A DNA stretch of 64,000 nt from Camelus dromedarius (lineage: Eukaryota): NCBI RefSeq assembly GCF_036321535.1, contig NC_087437.1:60080001-60144000 (forward strand), written 5' to 3'. Position numbers and translations under genes: made by a program. Below the pieces are notes generated by a model, which did no database searches, was not told the DNA's origin, and saw only the letters and a program-made list of their open reading frames with translations. The stretch's first letter is position 1. Every line of letters starts with the position of its first letter. This document shows, in pieces, positions 52,175 to 64,000 of this stretch.

Positions 52175-52650
52175 AATTCATTTATCCATTCATTCACTCT
52201 TTTGACTGCATACATCAAGTACTGCCATGTTCAGACACTGTTCTAGGTCCTGCAGATGTACTGGTGAAGAAGAAAGAGAAGGTCCTTGCTCTTGTGGGAT
52301 GTACCATCCAGAAAAAAGTCAGACACACAGACAGCAAAACATATACAAGAGAATAGGGTGATGTGACAGGGAGTAACTGGGTAGGCTACTTTAGTCTTGT
52401 GGTCAGGAAAGGCCTCTTGGAGTACTGACATTTCAGTTGAGATGTGAATGATAAAAAGGAAAAAGTCATTCAAAGATCATGGGGAATGGCATTCTAGGAA
52501 GAACAGCCAGTGCAAAGGTCCTGGGGCAGGAACAGATTTCATGTTTTCAAGGGACAGAAAGATCAGTGTGGCTGGAGTGAGGACAGTGGGGAGGAAAGTG
52601 ATTCAAAATGAATTTGAAGAGGTAGGCAGAAGCCATGTTATATTCTGCTT
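52175..52650 (-). mobile_element. L2 relic
   Basis: TTCATTTATCCATTCATTC...GTGGTCAGGAAAGGCCTC...GAACAGCCAGTGCAAAGGTCCTGGGGCAGGAA...GTGTGGCTGGAG. Confidence 0.75.
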
Positions 52651-55600
52651 TGAGGATACTGGCTTCTGAGAGGATCAAGGGTTTGGAGTCCACAGGAACA
52701 GGGGAGAAGGCAGAGAGTAGGCAATCAGATGTAGAGAGATGTGTAGTTTTGGTGGTTAGAGTATACAGAGGTTTGCTCTTTGTGTGACTGTCATCAAGTC
52801 AATTATCTCGCTGAAATTTGTTGGAGAAACTAAACAGATCTGCTCTGATTATGGTGAAGAGCTTCTCTGAACACAGTCAGTCCACTAGTGACACCTGCCT
52901 TAGCATCTGCTTCTACTTCATTCCTTAAGGGACATAGTGGGGAAGGTGCAGGGTTCAGCCTAGAATTAATTGTAATAACAGCTCCTGACTACTGAGCACA
53001 GCAACACCAGGTCCTGTATAGATAGATGCTTTCCATCTATATCAGACATCTGTACATTTCCATTAGCTCTGATTTTTACATACCTGGCAAGGCAGGCATT
53101 GGTACTATTCCCATTAAAGAAATGAAAAAACAGAGGTGAGAAGAGGTGATCATGCAACTTTTCTAAAGTGATGAAGTGAGAATTTAAGCCCTAATGTGTG
53201 ATTCCAAACCCGCACTTTTAATTGTTATATTCTCTTGCCCCAGCAACAGAAAGGGGTGAAAGGGTTCACTAGGAGATTGGCCAGGGGTCTAATCCTTTCC
53301 AAACTTCTCAGCAGAGAAATATGATACCAACTGCTTATTAATTCCTGAGAAATGTTGAGGGAAGCAGGAGGGCTGGGTTTTCTGCACTAGCCTCAGCAAA
53401 AAGTGTTCTCGACTCCTTGATGAAGCAGAGGAATGGAATCCATCCATTCAGTCCATAATCCAACACTGTCATCCAACAAATTCCAGGAGCTGGGACATCT
53501 GCTACCAGTTTCCAGTGAACTAGATGAATCCTCAGTCAAGTTATTGTGGCCTGAAGCTTTTCCAGGTGTTTGCTGGGAAACAATCTTTGTCTATTTTGCA
53601 ATCCAGCACAAACTGAGGCCAGTTCTCATGAATATATATGGGCCAGCAGGGCCACCTCCGTACCTTCTAATGTGGTCAAAATTCAGGATTTTTCAATGTA
53701 GAAGCAGTAAGATTCCTGTTTTGTTTTTCTTAATTTTCTGCGATAATAAATAGATGGGTGGACAGAGCTCAGATCCAGGAATAGGGAAATGGGGTCCTTG
53801 CCATGGCTCTTTCATTTCTTAGTTGAATGACTTTAGAGAGTTTTCTAAGCCTTTAATTAGGGGTTTGACTATCGGGTATTTGCATTATGAAATCCATAGA
53901 TCTGAATGGGAAGTTAGAATTGTATTTCAATAAAATTGAATTCTTTTGTGGTCCTGACTTTTATGTATGCATTTACGGACGTTTTTGTCAAACTGCCAAT
54001 GAGTCCATGGCACAGAAAGGGAAGGATGTCTGGGGTCCTTGCTTGATTTGATATCATTTCGATTAACATACCCTGTGGGAAAGAAATTTCTTTTAACAAA
54101 ATCCAACTGAGTGTGGAGGAGTGAAGAGCAGTTTCCCAGTGCTGGTCAGGGAGGTCAGTAAACAGTAGGTAATGGAGCATCGCCTACGGGCTGGGGTCGG
54201 GTGGCAGCAGGAGAGACCCAGGCTCTAGGCTCTTACGTGCTATCATCATCTGGGTACAGCTTCTTATAATAAAGTGATGCTACAATAAATCCTGTTTAAA
54301 AGAATTATCACTGACTGATGAACTAGCTCTCAGATACGAGCCACTTGTTATGCTGGGTACTCTACATATAGCTCCTGTAAGCCCCGAGTACCGATGAAAG
54401 CTGGATATGATTATAGCCATTTCATGGAGTGGAGAACAGGCTCACAGAGGTTAAGTATTCTGCCTAACATGGTGTATCGAGTGGCTGAACTGGGATTCAC
54501 ACCTACTTCTTAATTTGTCTTCTCATGAATGGGGCTGCTGGCCAATCTCTTGGTCTAAGGTAGTCCCTCTCAGACTGGGACATGCCTTAGTTGGAAGAAC
54601 AGGATTTCTACAACTTCATCTAAGTCTCTAGGAAAATGGCCAAGTTTGATTTATTGATTTATTATTTACTTTGACAAAATGGTGTTGTTGAACTGTGTCT
54701 GAAGATTTGTGTTTGGCCTGGAAGCTTCCTTTTAGGTTTTCTGAAATTAGTATTTGTAAGTAGGTTCTCATTACAGCAATGAGGAGAGTATTACTGAATT
54801 TGAGAACCATAGCACATACAATTAAGAATGTTAGTGGTTTTCCAGGGGTGACATCCTAGAAGGGGCAAGTGGGTGTGCATAGGAGTAGGTGTAGGGGAGA
54901 GGAGGTGACTGAGAACCACAGATTTCACTGGTTTCTGAATTTGGGTGGGAGCTGTATAGTAGATCGGTTACAGACTCAAGAATAGATCAATACATCCCTT
55001 GGTCTTGCATGTTTTGCATGAGGTCTAAGAGCTACTGTTTCAGAATTACTGGTGGAGTGAACTATTACGGTAATTGTACTTTCATTTTCCAAACATTTTG
55101 CGTTAGTGACTTTTCCTTAATAAATGAGGGCATGACAATACCTGGGGGGAAAGAACCTGAGACATTGCGAGCTGTATGCATGGGCCTTCCCATTTCCCCC
55201 AGGCCCTGTAGACACCCCAGGAGAGCTCAGTCTGAGTGTGTTTGGGGAGGTCTAAGGCTGAATGTGAACCTGACATTTGGAAATACACGTGTTCAGTTTT
55301 TAAAAAGGTCTCCCGCATGCTGTTATGATGTATATACCAGACCAAAAATTGAAAGCAGCCTCAGGGGCTGAGCCCAGCTGCTCCTGTGCAGCCATCACTC
55401 AGCCCATAGTGTCTGCTCGGCTTATCAGTCAAACTGCCTCTTTGTCCCTCACAGAGATGTTGGTTCTGCCTCAGAGGAACAAAGAAAACATTCTGACTGT
55501 GAGAGAATGGCTTTCAGGGTTTTCCTCATGCAGCTCTGGAGAGAAGACACTTTTATTTTTATCTGTTCGGTGGAGACCAGTAGAGCCAGGGGTGTGTTCA

Positions 55601-58600
55601 TGGCCTTCAATAGTTAAATTCAGATAAAGACACCATTGGCAGAGCCTTCTTGGGGTGGGCACTCCAAGGTTTCCAGGTGGGATAGTCCTGCCTTTAATAC
55701 AAATAGAGAGGGACGAGGAGGAGGAAGAAAGCTGTTTATAAGAACCTACCCAATGACACTCAATACTATTTCAGGGACTCTGTGTCCTTACAGCGACCCT
55801 GTGAAGCAGATATTGTCTTTATATTACATTCACCTTTGAGTTACTTTTCTTTGACAGCTACATACTTTCAGTCCCAAATTCTCTCCATCCAGCCTCCTAA
55901 ATTTCTATTCCATCCCTTCTCTCTTTCCCCAGTGACAATGCCTTAGCTCAGGCCACCATCTAATTTGACATGTGAAGTTTCAAGTGTTGCTAAGCTCATA
56001 CCATACGTCACAACCTTAGTGGGAACTAGGTCTTGGTTTACATGGATTCTCTGTTGAGTCAATGATTGTGAGATTTACCAAGATTCCCTTGAGGTTTCTG
56101 ACTAATCCCCTTAGATTTCCTCTGTCCCCCCGACCCCCACCCCTAGGCCTAAATCTTTGACCTGGTCTCATAGATCAAACACTCATCAATTTAACAAATG
56201 TTTACTGAGCACTTCATAAGGACCAGTCATTTTGCAAGGCACCAGGAAGATGGGCTGTACAAGATCAAATCCTTGCCCTTGTGGAGTTTCCTCTTCTAGC
56301 TCCTTTCCCCTGTGAGTTGTTTCTCTGGTTGCTTGTTTCTCAGTCTCTCTCACCAGGAGCAGTGGCCTTTATAGCAGAAGTTGAACGTGGTCATTAACCA
56401 GACAAACTCCTAAAGACTCAGGAACTCTGCATCCTGCCATGAGGGGCCCTGGGCCGCTCCGTTCTGCCCACCTAGGGGCCTGCAAATGATCTCATCCTCC
56501 TCCTCCCCCAGCCACCTCCACTCGAGAGAAGGACAAAGCTTAGGGACACTTCGCATCTCAGGTGCCTAGCTCAGTCTTGCATGTACCACTCTGGGTACCC
56601 TGGGACAAAGCCCTGTTGACCTGTCAGTCAGGAATCCTTTAATCTTTGATGTCATGCACTCTCAAGTAAACATGCTTTATATACATTTTGCCCTTAATGA
56701 TCCAATGTTTGCTTTCCTGGTACATTCTGTTTCTTTGGATTGGGCTATTTTGATGTAGTTAGAATAACAAAAATTTAGGAAAAGTCAACTGTTTAAAGAA
56801 AAATATGTGAAAGAAAGATTTGTATCATTAAGTCTGCTTCAAATAAGGAAATTTCAATTATGAACAGAAGACCTGTGATTTTATTAAAAGGGTCAAAGAG
56901 GGGCTCACCTGAAGAAAGTCTTCTGGGCCTGAAAGAGGGTCCCACTTCATAACCCTTAAGGATGAAAACACACACTTTGCCTTTTTTCTCTACAATTTGG
57001 CTGGAGAAGATCTTCATGTTGTCATAATAACTATTCCAGGTTGAGAATTTCACTTCCTTGAGATTCACCCTAACTCACTCAAAAAATCTCAAGAGATGGC
57101 CTAAAGATTTAGGCATCAACCTAATTCACACCCTTCGCTTTTTCTTCCATTAGCCAGGGCCCAAGGCTGTGGAATTTTCCATAGGTGAGTGCCTCCATTT
57201 AAGAGGAAGTAACTGGATTTCCCAGGACCCTCCCACTTCAGGAGGGTCATTTGAAAAGATATCCATGGCCTGCTTAGGGAATAATTCTGTGTGGGTTGTG
57301 CTTGGGCAGGGATGGCTTCAACTGAGGCCCTGAGGGACTGGATATAAAACTGGGGAGAAGGAAAAATTTAAAAAACAGCAACCCAAAAAACACAAAAAAC
57401 CAAACAATGGTACAAAGGAAGCACTGTTTCTGTAAGCAGATGGAGTGGAGGGGTCAGCCCAACCCAGGTCGCTGTACCAGGCCTCCCACAGCATCCGGGT
57501 TGGGTTGGGAGGAAGCACATCTCTGGTCCAGGGACAGCATGGGCCAAGGAAATGGCCCAGGGGTAAACGGCTACATTGGGACTTTCTGCAGAGCAGAGGG
57601 ATACCCAGAGGACTTTAGATTGGAAAATTGGATAAGTGGAGGGGACTCTGCAGCTCTACTATAGGGGTCCTGCAGTGCAGACTGCCAGGTAGAATAATGC
57701 AAATGCCACAGTGAAGGTTCTGGCTTGAAATATACAGCTTGACTGCTACCCATTTAGATGGACTAACCCGATAACCACCACATCTTCAGGCCCCACAGGG
57801 ATCTGTGGGTACAGGCGTAAGAAGCTGCCTTCAGACCTGCAACTGCTTCTAACATATGTGATCTTCTATGTACCCAGGTGTGTGGTTATTCTATATGCTT
57901 TTTAAGGCTTCTTCCTTTCCTGAGCGTCTAGAATTTTATAAAGACTTGTCACTAAACATGTTAGAGATGAGTCATGCTGTGAATGGTCATGGGTGGGACA
58001 GCAGAGGGAAGGAAAGATTCGTGTGACTGAATATGTCCTCTGTGTTATTAGACCTTACTCAGATCCCTAAGACACAGCAGTGAGGGAGTTTGTAGTCTCC
58101 TCTCAATGCTGCTATAGCCAACCAAGGTTTATCCTATTTTTGTCTTATTTCAGTTTTGGTATCTTGCCAAGCCATTATTATTTATAGCCAAGAATCTGTG
58201 AGAAACTCTGTAACAGCTCAGTTAAAGAATCCTCTTCATGTTAGGGCTTCTGGAAAGAACACAGATCTGTGAATCAAGACAGGTTCCTAGGCCCAGCTTT
58301 GTCATCAATTGGTGGCTGACCTTGGCAAAGCACTTTCTCTGCCCAGATCAAAGTTCATCCTTTCTGGCCAATTAACATTCTATGACTGTGATTTGGTACC
58401 TACTATGGGAAGAAGACAGTACCCCAGGTAGGTCCAGGGAGCCAGAAATAGAATTAAGGGTAAGGTCATGTTAGCTTAGGCACCATTAAGGTCCTTGGAT
58501 TCCTACATAACTCTGCTTGCTTCTTTAAGTCCACTGGCTGCACTCTACCTCCCAAACTGTCCGCTCTCATCAGGTCCCATGGGCCTCCTCAGAAGCACCA

Positions 58601-61600
58601 AGGCTCACTGGGTTCCCTTTTTTTTTCCACGTATGCACTCACCATGAGGGTGGAGAGCCAGAGAGCCAGGCTATGAGGTGAGGAAGGAGGGCATGTGGAG
58701 AGTGCAGCTGAAACCATTTACTGCAGGCCCTGCAGCCTCAGCACCAGGAAAGGACTGTAGTCACGGGGAAATCACATCTGCTATCCTTTTTCAATGCAAT
58801 TGTTTATCTGAAGCGGGAAATGCAAACACAAGTATTATTTTTCTGCACTGTGTTACTCTGATGGGGATAATAATAGTTGTGCAACCCAGAGTGTGATTAT
58901 TAAACCTCCCTTATGGTTACAAAGGAGTTGTGAGAAAGCCAAGACGCACAGACTCCCCAAAGCAGGATTTGAAGACTTTTGCAAGTTCCAAACTATTTTC
59001 CCAATGAACTGTAGTAACCCACCACGAGACAGAAGAGGTGGAGTCAAACTCCAAGTACATTTTGTCCTCACAGAGACTGTTTTAACACCAGAAGAATTTC
59101 CTCTGTGTGTTGTTCTCATGGTCTTACCCGTATTAACTTGTTTAGCACTCAATCCAGTGGACACTTGGTGAATATAAAGGTCTGTCTCTCTAGCGCAAAA
59201 ATAACTGGTTGCTAATGGGAACATTCCAGGATTCCATGGGTTAGTTTATTTGCAGGATACAAATGGTATGGCTGGTTCTTTTACCAAATTGCAGGACTAA
59301 TGGTTTGAGTTGGGAGGGTTTATATAGATACACAGTTATGTGTGTGGCTGAGAGCTGAGGCCACTGGACTCGGGGAGAAAGGCAGACTTTTTATGATAAA
59401 CCTGTAGTGGTCAGGTCAGAACCAGCCTTGGGATGTTAGTGAGAGCCCTGAACTGAACTGGAGAGGGAAGAACGAAGTGCCTGGCTGATTTTGCACAGGC
59501 TTTCTTTGTGAGGAAAAAGAGGTTCTTGCATCTAGTGCAAAGCAAACTTGGAACACAGACGCATCCACAGTTTTCCCATAATTCTCCCCGCCCTGGAGGG
59601 CTGCTCCTTTCCCTTCCACATGCTTCTCAGGGAGCCAGGGTCCCTCTCCTGACATCCCTCTGTCTCCATCCTTCACATCCTTCCCAAGGCTGCCCTTGAT
59701 GCTCATTACATCCACTCCTGCCCAGGTACAAATAATGGAAGATGGCAGTGAGCTTGACCGCCCTTCAAGCCTTCACTCCTCAGGTCGGCCCTGGGCCTTG
59801 CTTGGCTGAACCATCGAACTTGGAGATAAAACAAGGAAGAGGCCTGAGAGAAGAGGAGAAGCAGAGGAAGACCAGGGCTGTGACGTGGGGACAGAAGGGA
59901 GCCTGCCTCTTGTTGACTCACCTCTACCAAGAATTAGGGCAGAAGGAAACATAAAATTTAGCTCTCCAAAGTCTAGAATGATCTTAATCTTCCATATCCA
60001 TTTTATTGAGGACACCTCTAATGCTTTGTTTGGAGATTTGGGTGAAGAAACTTGATACTTACTATTGTCAGTGCATTTTACCCAGTTATGAAAATGGGGA
60101 TGAATCATAAAGATTGGTCCTCAAATATGCCCTGGTTTTCATTTAAAGCCAAATATTCAATTTACGTTTTTATTTGTTTGTTCATTTTTTGTTTTTTTTT
60201 TTAACTTAATACTGCTTATTAGATCCATAACACAGTGGTAACTGCATTTTTCATGTCCACTGATAACCATTCCTTGACATCTTTTCTTTAATATTTAGGT
60301 ATGAAATTCTGCAGATACTACCTGTAATAAATGGAAAGTTATCTCCTTCTGGGGGGCAGCACCTAGAGGGAGGCGTGGTCTCCCCGCATCCTGGCCCCTG
60401 TCTGTCTGTCTGTGGTGGGTTTCTGTCTCCAGGGAGGTGTGTCAGAATCATAAGTCATTCCCCTCCCCTTCCAGGCCTCCTGCTATATTTGGGGGACCTG
60501 TCTGGTTTTTGGTTTGGCTGGGGTCCATGAGGATATGGGGTCCTTCAATAAAGAATAGAAAACAGGGGGAAAAAAAGAAAATGATCTCCTTCTGTTTTAT
60601 TTTGTTTATTATATTTTCGTAGACAAATAAAGTGTAGAGTCTCTTAGTTTATATCAGGTATAAAGATCAAAAAAGTCTAATTCATAGTTGAAAACCAGCG
60701 ACACTTGGCTGATGATAAACTTCCCCTGGGTGCTGCATCTAGAAGAAACAGTACCGAGTACAAGCAGCATAATGTTGATGCATCACAGGTGTCTCACTCA
60801 CTAATGACATTGTAGCTTAGAAGCAGCATCTGCAGTTTAAGTTGCTCATGCTGAGATAAAAGATGCTGCTGGCAATATTTATTTTAAAAACAAACAAATA
60901 ATAGTTCTCTTTTACATTGCCGCAGCCACCCTTATAGTACTTAGAAGTACTTTTGTAACTGTTTTGTGTGTGTGAATTATCATGTTCAATGCAAAAAATA
61001 AATAAATAAATAAAGGGGAAAAATGCGGTAAACACAGCAAAGCACAAAGAAAAGCATACAGAAGCAGTAAGTCCATCAGCCGGAGAGAGCCAGGTTCATA
61101 TTTGGTGTTTCTGGTATACAGAGGTAGAGTTGTAGGAGAGTTATAGGGAGACCTTCATCTTTTGAAACGAAAGCCAGATCTTATGGGGGCAGGGAGACAA
61201 AAAGCTGAAAGAGATGCTGCAGTTGCACGAGATTGCACAAGACCTTCTGACCGGGAAGTGGAAGGTTTGAGCAGCTAGTCCCTGAGCCCTCGCAGGACCA
61301 GGTTCCAGGAGGCTGCCTTCTAAACCATCTCCGCCTACAGCCTGGTTGTAACTGAACGTCTCTGGCCTGGGGGTATCCAGGCTTCACAGCAGGTCAAAGC
61401 CCCTCGAGGATTGACTCTACTTTGTGGTTTCCCACCTGGACCTTGAGGAAGGTTGTGAATAAAATGCTTCCAACTCACTTTTCCTCTCCCTTCTTTTCCC
61501 CTTCACCAGGATTCTTGGTTCTCAGTGGCCACATTTCTCTATAATTGACTTATTATTTATGGTATTTGCTCCACTGTCACTACTGCTGTTTTGTATTTTG

Positions 61601-61992
61601 CTCTCTGGAGATATGTTGTAACAGAAGGAAGTATGGTTTTTCCCTTGTTTCACTTTGTACCCGTTTATGCTAAATGTATTAAATGGCTCCTCATACATTT
61701 CCCACACCGTGAACCAAAGAAAAATTTTCATTCAGTTGTGTCTCCTAATGACTCCATCCAAGTCCTTTTGACTTTGGGCCAGAACCATTCAATATTCATT
61801 CCACAAAATTTTCGTAAGCACTCACATGGGCCAGGCACCATTCTAGGTGTTGGTGTTACAGCAGTGACTCAAACAGGCCAAAATTCCCTCCCTCACGGAG
61901 CGCTCGCTCTGCTGGGACCAGATGATACTTCTGGCTGCCATGCCAGCTTGCTCGTTCATTCAAGCATTCATTCAATAACTAGCACCTACTAG

Positions 61993-62385
61993 AGTGGCTT
62001 TGTAATGTGTTAACTTGGCTGGGCTGCATCGTATTTTCCTTTCCTGTGTGTTTTTGGATGGGGTGGGCCACAAGAGGGATTCTCATGTAAGATCTGGAGG
62101 GTGGAGGTGAAGCAGCAGCCATTTTGTAGCTCACACAGATGATGGTTTATATGTTGGCCCACTTCTTTGGTACAAAGCAGTGACCAGGCCCACATCTATC
62201 CTTCTGTCCCTTCCCCTGGGTCCTCCCTCCCAGGGGCTTCCCTGACCCTGGGGTAGCTGTGGGCATTTAGTTCCGTGATGACAGCACTTTTGTTTGACTC
62301 GCCCATTCTATTAGCTCCTGTCACTCTGCTCCACTCTCCAAAAACCCAGTTCTCACGTATCTGGTGTTGCTTACCTTCCATTCTG
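61993..62385. mobile_element. ERVL-class LTR relic (LTR33/LTR41-like)
   Basis: GGCTTTGTAATGTGTTAACTTGGCT...GGGTGGGCCACAAGAG...GAAGCAGCAGCCATTTTGTAGCTCACAC; subfamily uncertain. Confidence 0.55.
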
Positions 62386-64000
62386 CTTTATCCTACACTT
62401 CACTTTTAATTAGCTAAGGCAATTTATTTAGATTTGTTAAATTTATTTAAATGTAATTAGCTAAGTGATATATCACTCATTATGAACAGTCTGCTTTCTT
62501 TACCCATTCAACAATTGTTTTAATGAGAGTCTCCTGTATGGCAGACAGTCTGCTATGGGCAGAGCAGACATGGTCTCTGCCCTCATGGAGCTTACAGTCC
62601 AACAGGGGAGGACATGCCAAAAGTTCAAGTAAACAAACAAAACTAGATTTTAAAAAATGAGTGGGACTGTGTAAATAGAGAAAAGTGGGCCAGGGTGAAC
62701 AGGAGGGTAGGACCTATTGCAGATAAGATGGATGGGAAGGCCTTTATATCCAAATGCATATTTAAATATTAGAAAGTCGAAAGGATATGGATCCAATAAG
62801 AAAGGAGTTTTTGTTAGAAGTGTTCGTCCACTTGAAAAATACTCCACAGAGGTTAAATTTCTTAAGAAGTAGAGATGGAAAGCTAGCCATCTGAGAGACC
62901 CATGTTCAGGAGGAAAGAGACAGTCAGAGGAGATTCACTGGGAGAGCAGGGGATGGTGAGCCTTATCTTTTTCTTTCCTTTTGATCTGATGTTGAAAGGG
63001 GGGATATACAAGGAAAGCAAGTCTTTCATTCTAACAGAGATGGTTTACTAAGGATGGCTTATTGAGAGTAAGCCCAGGCTGTGCTGTCAAAAGCCTCTCC
63101 ATTAAGATAGGCGTTCAGGGGAGGGATGAGAAACGGGGTGGACCTGGAGAGAACCTGCAGGACATGCTTCGGACAAACGACTGGGGTGGGTGTGTGTGGT
63201 GTGATGCGCTTTCTCCTACACAGAAAACCTGCTAGACTAGCCCATTCTGGGGAAATGAGGGAGGTGACGGCTCTGCATTTTTTTTGATGCTGCCCAGGAT
63301 CCCAGGGTGAATCCGCTCAGACAGGCTGTGAACACCAGGTATTACCTGATTTGGAAATACTCCCCAGTTAGAGTCAGTTTCCTGGTCAGGTGACCCTGGA
63401 ATAAGTCACATCTGTCACCAGCTTGTAAAGGCCATGATTTTAATCCTTTTGTGTCCCCTCAGCGTGCTAAGCAATGGGCTGAGAACCAGCAGGAGAGTCG
63501 ATACTTGCATTTTTCCAAAAGCTTCCCTCCTGCATCGGCAGCTTTTAAAGCTTTTGAAGGTTGGGGCCTGAAGTGTGGACTCAAGACACAGAGCCCTCAC
63601 CAGGAAACGAGTAGACTTACGATGGCTCCAGGTGAACTTACTGGTTTTGGATCCAGAAGAACAATGCTCTGCATATCTGGAATTCTACAGACGAGAGGAA
63701 GAACTTAAACAAAAAGCTGGGAGATGAGCCAGTGTGGTGAGGAAAAGATTAAAGCCCCTTTCTTGTCAAACGAGGACATTGCTTTCAAAACAAGGATGAA
63801 CTGTGGAAATTTCAAGTTCTCCTTACTGTTTTGCTCTCAGGGCAAGTTTTTAGTAAATAAAATCCCGTTCATCAGCTTTTCCAGTTTTGCTTTAAGCTCC
63901 GTTAGCTGGTTCTGGCAGACTGATAGGTTATAAACAGGAAGAGAAATCCAGGCTAAAATGTTGCTTTAAAAGTTAGTGCCTTGTCCTGGAATCTGACATT

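Noticed and set aside
60358..60375. Second CTCF-like motif CACCTAGAGGGAGG
   Set aside because: Three mismatches in the core; too weak to call.
49800..64000. Additional protein-coding gene upstream of APOD
   Set aside because: No recognisable translation or consistent exon chain; sequence is dominated by MIR/L2/LTR relics and unique non-coding DNA.

Overview
Mammalian genomic DNA. A camelid origin is inferred from seven copies of a tRNA-Ala-derived SINE resembling Vic-1, an artiodactyl-type L1 3' end, and no Alu, Bov-tA or PRE1 seen. There are two protein-coding genes, both on the minus strand. (1) PPP1R2 (protein phosphatase inhibitor-2): CpG-island promoter and exons 1-4 (16252 down to 3793); the remaining exons lie beyond the left edge. 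(2) A complete APOD (apolipoprotein D, lipocalin): TATA box at 49031-49037, non-coding exon 1, four coding exons (570 nt, 189 aa) and AATAAA at 33973-33978. The rest is intronic or intergenic DNA with SINE, L1, L2, MIR, MaLR/ERV LTR and Tigger/hAT relics; repeat family names come from recalled consensus sequences, not a database search. I found no well-supported new biological system. The best leads are testable RNA-level features: inverted SINEs bracketing PPP1R2 exons 2-3 (in-frame, stop-free 186-nt circle or skip), a SINE target-site duplication that duplicated a consensus 5' splice site next to a candidate APOD poison exon, a short uORF in APOD exon 1, and a set of plus-strand exon-like units between the two genes.
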